IMG/VR virus record: IMGVR_UViG_3300013902_000267
DNA length: 64,000 nt
DNA from: a virus
Taxonomy: Duplodnaviria > Heunggongvirae > Uroviricota > Caudoviricetes
Strand: one strand, 5' to 3'
The translations under genes and the position numbers were made by a program. The notes under the pieces are model-generated. The model was not told the origin of the DNA and ran no database searches. It saw nothing but the letters and a program-made list of their open reading frames with translations. Below are positions 56,913 through 64,000 of this stretch, in pieces; the first letter of the stretch is position 1, and each line of letters opens with the position of its first letter.

Positions 56913-57561
56913 TTTTGATAATAAAGGAGTTTCTATTAGTTCTAAAGATATGAAGGAATTTCAGGAGAATGTAATGACAGTAGAAGATATTGTTAATAGA
57001 CTTTTGAAGTTTTATTCAAAGGATAAGACATATATGGGTGAACAGAAACAAATGCTTACATCATTTTTCAATGATCCAAATAGGCGTTCACTAGTAATGA
57101 CAGAACCATCATTTGATACATTGAATTATGGTTATGGTGTAGCAGATAATAAATTGCATAAACTTATTATGTGGCGTGATGATAACGGTCTTCATAATTT
57201 TGCAATGTGGCTTAAGAATGAAGATATGCTTGGTGGTAAGCTTGTAAAAATTTATCCAGAAGATGATGATATTTTTACAAAGAATCAAATGGAAGGTGCA
57301 ATGTATCTTGCAGAAATTAATAAGATACCATATTTTGAAGGATGTGATGAACATGCGGATAATTATGTATATCAAACAAAGTTGAAGGAACTTGATGATG
57401 AAATTGAAAATATCAAGAATCAACGAACATCTTGTAAGAACGAAATGAAATCTATTCAAGATAGATATGCTGAACTTCTTACATATTATGCAAAGATGAA
57501 AGTAAAGCAAGTTAAATTGCAAATTGAAAGAGAAACATTAGTTAATAAACATAAGAAGTAA
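56899..57561 (+). CDS. Hypothetical protein with C-terminal coiled coil
   Basis: 220-aa ORF. Confidence 0.7.
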   Translation: MIKFNFDNKGVSISSKDMKEFQENVMTVEDIVNRLLKFYSKDKTYMGEQKQMLTSFFNDPNRRSLVMTEPSFDTLNYGYGVADNKLHKLIMWRDDNGLHNFAMWLKNEDMLGGKLVKIYPEDDDIFTKNQMEGAMYLAEINKIPYFEGCDEHADNYVYQTKLKELDDEIENIKNQRTSCKNEMKSIQDRYAELLTYYAKMKVKQVKLQIERETLVNKHKK

Positions 57562-57566
57562 TAGAA

Positions 57567-58493
57567 ATGATACAGTATTTGAAATGTGATAATGGTTTTA
57601 AAGAAATTGAAAATTGGGAATCAAATTGTTGGATTAATGTTGTGAATCCAACAAAAGATGATATATCAGAACTAGTATCACATTTCAATGCACCTGATTA
57701 TTTTTTTGAAGATATATCAGATATTGATGAAAGATCTAGATTTGATAGAGATGATGGTTGGGTATTAACTATTATTCGTATTCCTAACAGAAGTAGAACA
57801 GAAGATAATCAAGATCCTGTATATACTACAATACCGGTTGGTATGATGATAAAGGATAATATTTTTATTACAGCATATTATGGACAGAATAATGTTATAT
57901 CAAATTTCATTAATTGGAGTAATCAGAAAAAGATTAATGATAGAATAGGATATAATCTTTATATAAGTATATTTCTTGAATCTAATTTTTGGTTTCTTAA
58001 ATATCTTAAACAAATTCATATTCAGATGAAAAAAGCAGAATCATCTTTAAGTGATAAGATGAATAAAAATGAACTAATGCATATAATGAATATTGAAAAA
58101 TTCTTGGTATATTTCACTGCTTCACTTAAAGATAATGAATCTGTTTTAACTCGTGCAAAAAAATTTATTTCATCTAAATTATATGATGAAGATTTAATGG
58201 ATGATGTAGAAGTTGAGTTAAGTCAGGCATTACATACATCTCAAATATATAGTGATATTCTTGAAAGAGAGCAAGCATCTTATTCTTCTATCATTAATAA
58301 TAGTCTTAATCAGACAATGAAGAAGATGACTATTATAACTATATGTTTAATGGTAGCAGCACTTATTCCAGGATTTTATGGAATGAATTTAAATAATGGA
58401 ATAGAAACATGGGCATATGGATTTCCTTTTGCTGTTTGTTTAACAGGAATATGTGCAGGAATATCTTATTTTTTATGTAAACTATTTAAGTAA
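57567..58493 (+). CDS. corA: CorA-family Mg2+ transporter
   Basis: WINVVNPT, DIDERSRF, IINNSLNQTMKKMT, GFYGMN signature, two C-terminal TM helices. Confidence 0.92.
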   Translation: MIQYLKCDNGFKEIENWESNCWINVVNPTKDDISELVSHFNAPDYFFEDISDIDERSRFDRDDGWVLTIIRIPNRSRTEDNQDPVYTTIPVGMMIKDNIFITAYYGQNNVISNFINWSNQKKINDRIGYNLYISIFLESNFWFLKYLKQIHIQMKKAESSLSDKMNKNELMHIMNIEKFLVYFTASLKDNESVLTRAKKFISSKLYDEDLMDDVEVELSQALHTSQIYSDILEREQASYSSIINNSLNQTMKKMTIITICLMVAALIPGFYGMNLNNGIETWAYGFPFAVCLTGICAGISYFLCKLFK

Positions 58494-58507
58494 ATATAAA
58501 TATAAAT

Positions 58508-58708
58508 ATGAGTATATGTTTTAGAAATATAGATAAATGTAAATATTCAAAAGAAGAAATAAAACTTCGTATTATTGAAAATTTTATAGAAAATAGGTTT
58601 AAAAATTACAGTAATAAAGAGTTGAAAGATTCTATGTATGGTACTAATAATGTTTACCCAAGATTTAATGAAATTTATAATTGGATTTGTGAATATGTAT
58701 TTGAATAA
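58508..58708 (+). CDS. Hypothetical protein
   Basis: 66-aa ORF. Confidence 0.6.
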   Translation: MSICFRNIDKCKYSKEEIKLRIIENFIENRFKNYSNKELKDSMYGTNNVYPRFNEIYNWICEYVFE

Positions 58709-58712
58709 TGAT

Positions 58713-58913
58713 ATGATACGATTTAAAAATAAAGATAATAATATAAAACATGAATTAACAAATGAAGAGATAAATCTTAAAATTCATGAATTAGTATTAA
58801 AAACTATTACTGCAAAAAGAACTTATCTTTCTGATATATGTACAGATATGTCAAAAGAAGATGGATATTATAAAAAAATGGTATCTATTATAAAAGAACA
58901 TATACATGATTAA
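58713..58913 (+). CDS. Hypothetical protein
   Basis: Internal ATG (MIRFKNK) of track ORF 58638 avoids overlap. Confidence 0.55.
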   Translation: MIRFKNKDNNIKHELTNEEINLKIHELVLKTITAKRTYLSDICTDMSKEDGYYKKMVSIIKEHIHD

Positions 58914-58992
58914 GTTATTATATAAATTAAAAATAAACAAAATATTAAAATAAAAGATAATATTTAAATAATAAAATTAAATAAATAAAAGT

Positions 58993-59169
58993 ATGTTGAT
59001 TGGTTCATGTGTATTATCTATGATTATTTGTATGATTCTTTGTTATTATATTGCAAAGGCAAATAATCGAGGAACAACTACTGCATTAATTTGTGGACTT
59101 TTGTTTACATATATTGCAGTTATCGTCTATATTATTATTGGACGAAAGAGTGTAAAAGTTAATTATTAA
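58993..59169 (+). CDS. 58-aa two-TM membrane protein
   Basis: MLIGSCVLSMIIC..ANNRGTT..IIIGRK. Confidence 0.6.
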   Translation: MLIGSCVLSMIICMILCYYIAKANNRGTTTALICGLLFTYIAVIVYIIIGRKSVKVNY

Positions 59170-59194
59170 TTCACATTTAAATAATAATAGAAAA

Positions 59195-59680
59195 ATGGAA
59201 AATAATAAACAAGAGGTTAATGAGATTATTGAGAAGTATGATATTCTTATCAAAAATGCAATGAAGGCGCGTGAGAAAGAAAAACTTAATACTTATAAGT
59301 TGGTTAAGGCTCGTCTTCTTGAGTATAAAACAGGTGATAAGGATAAAAATGATAATTATCCAGTATTGGATGAAAAATCTGAAATGCAGATTCTTAATAA
59401 GATGGTAAAGGAACTTCAAGGTGATATTGAGATTCGACAGAAAACAAATAGTCATTTGGATGAAGTTGAAGAATTTACACATCAGATGAACTATATTAAG
59501 GATTTGCTTCCAAAGATGGCATCAGAAGATGAAGTAAATTCAGTAATTGATAAGTATATTTCTGATAATGGAAATTATTCTCAAAAAGAAATGGGTAAGG
59601 TTATCGGTTTTGTTCGTTCATCATTTAAAGCAGTTGATGGTGGAATGGTAGCAAAACTTGTTAAATCAAAGATGTCTTAA
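59195..59680 (+). CDS. GatB/YqeY domain protein
   Basis: AMKAREKEKL..LVKA, QKEMGKVIG, DGGMVAKLVK. Confidence 0.85.
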   Translation: MENNKQEVNEIIEKYDILIKNAMKAREKEKLNTYKLVKARLLEYKTGDKDKNDNYPVLDEKSEMQILNKMVKELQGDIEIRQKTNSHLDEVEEFTHQMNYIKDLLPKMASEDEVNSVIDKYISDNGNYSQKEMGKVIGFVRSSFKAVDGGMVAKLVKSKMS

Positions 59681-59786
59681 ATAATAACTAAATAAATTAT
59701 AAAGTGGGTATATTCATGTATATGAAATATATCCACTTTTTCTATATTTAATAAAATAAATATTAAAAATATGTATATAATAAAGA

Positions 59787-60524
59787 ATGACTAGATCTGA
59801 ATTTATTGAATGGTTAAAATCAGAAATAACAATGAGTAATACTATAAATATTTCTTTATCGGACCGTGAATATGAAAGACTTGTAGATAGAGAACTAAGA
59901 ATGGTTTATGAATTGGATAATGATAGCGTGCGTTATGATAAATATATAATCCCACGAGATGTATTTTATTCTCAAGAATTTAGGAAAACTAGAACTATAA
60001 AATTTCCTGATTGCGTTTTATCTGTAGTTAAATTGGAAGAGATGAAAAGGAGAAATTATATGTATGGTGTGAACGACCCAGATCTATCATGGAACCGTAT
60101 GTTTTAGACAGATATGTGGATGGGTCCGTAGATGGCGATGGACACTGTGATGTTTAGGACTATATAGTGGTCTAATTGGGATTAGTTAAAATAGTTTAAT
60201 TTAGTTGATATAAAGCATAAGTGGAATAGACTTACACATTAGTTATTTGTGATGGGACATGATCCATATAATGATGTTTATTGTGAAGTAGCTGTAAAGG
60301 TAGATGAACAGGAATTATTTGAAGATCCTTGGGTAAGACAATGGATTGCAGCTAAATGTAAGTTATAGGTTGTGAAAAAATTAGGAACATTTACAGTGAC
60401 TGCAATTGGAGGTGTAACTGTAAATACAGGAACATATTCAGAAGAAGCAAATAATGATATAAATGATTGTAAAGAATATTGGACTAATTTACGTCAAGCA
60501 GATTTTTTCGAAACAGGTTGGTAA
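59787..60524 (+). CDS. T4 gp13-like neck protein, 245 aa (TAG readthrough)
   Basis: Frame open to TAA 60524 across TAGs; DPWVRQWIAAKCKLQ..LGTF..IGGVTVN..EEA. Confidence 0.7.
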
Positions 60525-60556
60525 TTAAAGAATTGGTTATTAATAAGTTAAGATAT

Positions 60557-60609
60557 GTTAATAGAGAATGTAATATTTTGTAATTTATGAATATTGCATT
60601 CTCTATTTT
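60557..60609 (+). terminator. Intrinsic terminator (representative)
   Basis: AATAGAGAATG / CATTCTCTATT inverted repeat; similar hairpins near 4590, 9580, 12740, 22320, 27790, 35330, 38800, 44400, 45080, 45580, 51610, 54320, 59700, 62460. Confidence 0.7.
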
Positions 60610-60651
60610 TATAAAATAAATAATGTAAAATTAAGAATAATTTTAGTTAAT

Positions 60652-62451
60652 ATGGGATATAAAAGATATAGTGAAAATACATTTACAGTTGATAATAGTG
60701 GTGCTACATCAGGAACTTTAAAAAAAACTTCTGGAAAATATATATATTTTGGTATAGCTAAACCAAAAGGAAGCAATACTTTTAGGAATTTAGATTAGTC
60801 AGATTTGGATAAAGGTATATAGAGTGATACATCTGGTTGTTCTGCAACAATAACATATACATCTAGCAAATCAAATGTTGGACTAATAAATTATACATTA
60901 TCATAGAATACATCTGGAGCAGATAGAACTATTATATTTAAATATAATAATATAGATTTATTTTATATATTATAGAAATATAGTGGTGATAATTTAATAT
61001 ATGAAACTGGTAATATATATGTATGCGTAATTCCGAGCATATCTAACTCTCCAGATAAAATATATTTATTTGTTGATCTCAATAATTATAGGCCTACACA
61101 AGCACAATTGGATTCAAATAATTATAAAACAATGTCCGGTACAAAGGGTTTTAATACAACATATTCTGGAAGTGGTTTAATGTTATATTTTTCCAATGTA
61201 ACTTTACCTGAAAATAAAACAATAAAAGAATTAAAAGATGATGGGATATTAACAGTAGTTAGAGAAAATATTTCATTTACTTCAAATTCTCAGTATAATA
61301 AGTAGATACCATATCATATGGAAAAAGTAAATACACCAAGTGCATTAAATGGTTATTATGATTTTACTGATGAATCAAAAAAAAGTAATGCATTTGATAA
61401 AGAATATTCAATGTATAATGCTGCAGGAGGTGTGTATGGTAGTATAAGATTTAATATATTTAATAGTCATTATTATTATGGTATATATAAATTAAATATA
61501 AATGATTATTTTATTTATATAATAAAATTTAATACTTCAAAAACAAGTGGAATTATTGATAATATAGGCGTTATTGGTGATTATAAATATGGTATATCTT
61601 AGACATCTGGTGGTGCTTGGTATACTATTCTGTCTGGTGATATATTATGGTATTATTCAAATAATATAACAATAAAAAATATAAATACATCTATTAAAAC
61701 ATTAATATCCAATGGAATATTAGAACCAGTTGAGTCTACAAATACATAGTTAAATAATTCAAATTATATATTATATAAAGTTCCTTATAGTTATAATGGA
61801 GCAGTAGATAGCGCTGTTACAAGTGTTTCATTTAATGATGATATTTATATATATGAAAATTCATCAGAAATAACACAAGATTCTGTAAAATGTATTACAA
61901 TGGTAAATTTTAGTAATTTATCTACATCATATCATATGGGAATATATAAATATAATGCGAACAATGATAAAGTAAAATATACTATATCTTTATATAGTAT
62001 AGAAGCCTCATCTATTACAAGTGAAACAGGGTATAAATAGTATATATTTAATATGGAAAATAATGCATGGACTGATTTTACAGAAACTAGTTCAACATCA
62101 AAATATATGAATTTACAATTTAAAAAAGAACCATCAAGTTCAACATGTTCATATTTACTATGGGAAAAATCTAATACATTATTATATGATAGTTTTAAAC
62201 CAGAAACGATAAGTAATTTAAAAACAAAATATAATTTAAAATCAAAAAGTAATGCAGAAGATATAAATCATTTATATGGTCAATATGTATTGAATGTAAC
62301 AGGTGATACAATATGTAAAAAAGGCAAATCAAGCAGATATACTTGGAATGCAACATTAACTAATTATATATTTGAATTAAAAGATGGAGAAACTGAATTT
62401 AAAAAGAAATCAAACATAACATTAGTTGGTGCATTTACAATAGAAGTTTAA
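60652..62451 (+). CDS. 599-aa tail/receptor-binding-like protein (TAG-rich)
   Basis: Joins 61108, 61318 and 62053 ORFs; SDTSGCSATI..QNTSGADRTIIFKYN..Q module. Confidence 0.7.
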
Positions 62452-62572
62452 TAATTATTTTAATTCGTTATTCAAATCTAATTTTGCGTAACGAATTTTT
62501 TATTTATGTATATTAATACATAGGATTTTATATATTTGTATAGATACTGAAATAATAAATTTCAATATTTTT

Positions 62573-63265
62573 ATGACAACATATAAAAAATATACATCAT
62601 CAATAACTGCAAATATTTCTTCATCTGCTCATACAAATGAAGAATTTAAATGGTATGTAGGTTCTTCAACATAGTCTACTGTTTATTTTGGAATGGAAGA
62701 TAATGATAATAACTTTACAGGTAAATTATCAAATTCATCATATACATTATCATCAGATGTATCCGGATGTTCTGCAACAGTATCAAATATAGATTCAACA
62801 AAAACTGCAGGAATAATATATTTAAATATACCAGCAAATACAAGTACAACTAACAGAACAATCGTATTTAAATATAATACAGTTTCATTATTTACAATAA
62901 TATAGTCAGGTAGCACAACTTCTGTAACTACTATAATATTTAGTATTGGTGGTTTTTAGGGAAATAATAAAGTTATAATTCACTGGAGTGGAACTAATTT
63001 TTCATCAGATGGAACTACTGTAAGTTGTAGAATTAATGATAGTACGCCGAATTCAGATGGTTCATATAATGCACGATTTACTATAACTATACCGTCTGGA
63101 TATGGACAATCATATGCAACATGTGATGGTGGATATGTATATAAAGGACATAAGTATTCTTTAGTTGAACCATGTACACCATCATCATATGGTAATTATA
63201 GATTTAAATGTAATACTACAGAAGTTACTTATACAGATCGTATGGTGGGTACTATAACTACGTAA
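62573..63265 (+). CDS. 230-aa paralogous tail/receptor-binding-like protein
   Basis: SDVSGCSATV..ANTSTTNRTIVFKYN..Q; TAG readthrough to TAA 63265. Confidence 0.7.
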
Positions 63266-63324
63266 AGTGAGATATTGTATTTTCTAATTGAGTGTAGATA
63301 TAAAAATTATTTTTTAATATTTTT

Positions 63325-64000
63325 ATGTCAACATATAATAAATATGGTTATGAAAATCCAACATTTATAGGATATACAAATTAGACAAATTCTATTATTA
63401 AAACAGATGATGGAAAATAGGTTTATTTAGGATTTGAAGATATTGATAAATTATTTAAAGGAAAAAATAATATATCTGATGAAATTTAGTTATATGACAA
63501 TGATTATTCAGATAAAGTAAATGGATTAACGGTAACTGCATATCCTTCAGATAATACAAATACTGGTTCTGATTTAAGATATACTTCAACATCTTATAAA
63601 CATAAGTATCAAGTTGCATATAAAGGTATAAAATTATTTTAGCTTGATATTAGAGAAAATAATATAATATTATTTGAAATAACTGTTAACTTTTTAATAG
63701 AAACACGATTGTTAGACGATACATCTGATAATTATGATGTATATGTTTCTACAGTCTCTCTTACATTATCATAGTTATTACCATTTAAATTAAATGTTTG
63801 TGTTAATTTAGTATATGATTCAACATTAGATGATGGTTCAATTGATTTAACTGAATGTATAGAAGGTTATGATTGGTATTTTGATGTAAATACTACTGTT
63901 GGAAAAGCAATGAATAACAATAATAATCGACCTAATATAATATTAAATAAAGGTAATGGTCAATATGGGTTTCATAGTATAGAATTTTTAGATAGTACTA
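63325..64000 (+). CDS. 3'-truncated paralogous tail-like protein
   Basis: MSTYNKY..QVYLGF; open to the window end with TAGs only. Confidence 0.65.

Noticed and set aside
660-62916. Antisense or alternate-frame track ORFs (e.g. 660..869, 1385..1642, 2196..2396, 3375..3611, 5434..5925, 13416..13709, 17537..17974, 43695..43934, 51679..52212, 57109..57522, 62683..62916)
   Set aside because: Shadows of well-supported genes on the other strand or frame, with no motifs
1-64000. TAG-interrupted ORFs as pseudogenes
   Set aside because: Interruptions are almost exclusively TAG, fall at conserved Gln sites, and the frames stay free of TAA/TGA for hundreds of codons
1-64000. Suppressor tRNA(CUA) or other tRNAs
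   Set aside because: No cloverleaf or GGTTCGAATCC-like T-arm recognised; a tRNAscan/ARAGORN run is needed to exclude one firmly

Overview
A very AT-rich (about 25% GC by eye), gene-dense 64-kb segment of a giant tailed-phage genome. It resembles the Lak megaphages of Prevotella: TAG is read as Gln (code 15), host-type Bacteroidetes TAnnTTTG promoters are present, and so are T4-like neck and head-completion genes. The supplied code-11 ORF track fragments many genes; I rejoined them by reading through TAG. Contents: virion and tail-fibre genes at both ends and at 35.4-38.8 kb; a pyruvyltransferase-glycosyltransferase fusion; IMPDH/GMP reductase; OmpA; TnpB; a Pol-beta-type nucleotidyltransferase; NUDIX; dUTPase; a homing-endonuclease-like gene; PARG-like macrodomain; NADAR; DinG-like helicase; NAD-dependent ligase; EndoV; a 2H phosphoesterase; CorA; YqeY; and long runs of small early genes. 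Two candidate new systems stand out. (1) A TnpA-less, TAG-recoded TnpB with an intact RuvC triad, whose putative omega-RNA ends in a perfect 26-nt copy of the translation start of the adjacent phage ompA. (2) An operon of one radical SAM enzyme and four otherwise dissimilar proteins that share an N-terminal MKxQxRxxVFETNSSSTH tag. I saw no tRNA, CRISPR array or reverse transcriptase. All family calls come from motif recognition by eye; no database search was run.
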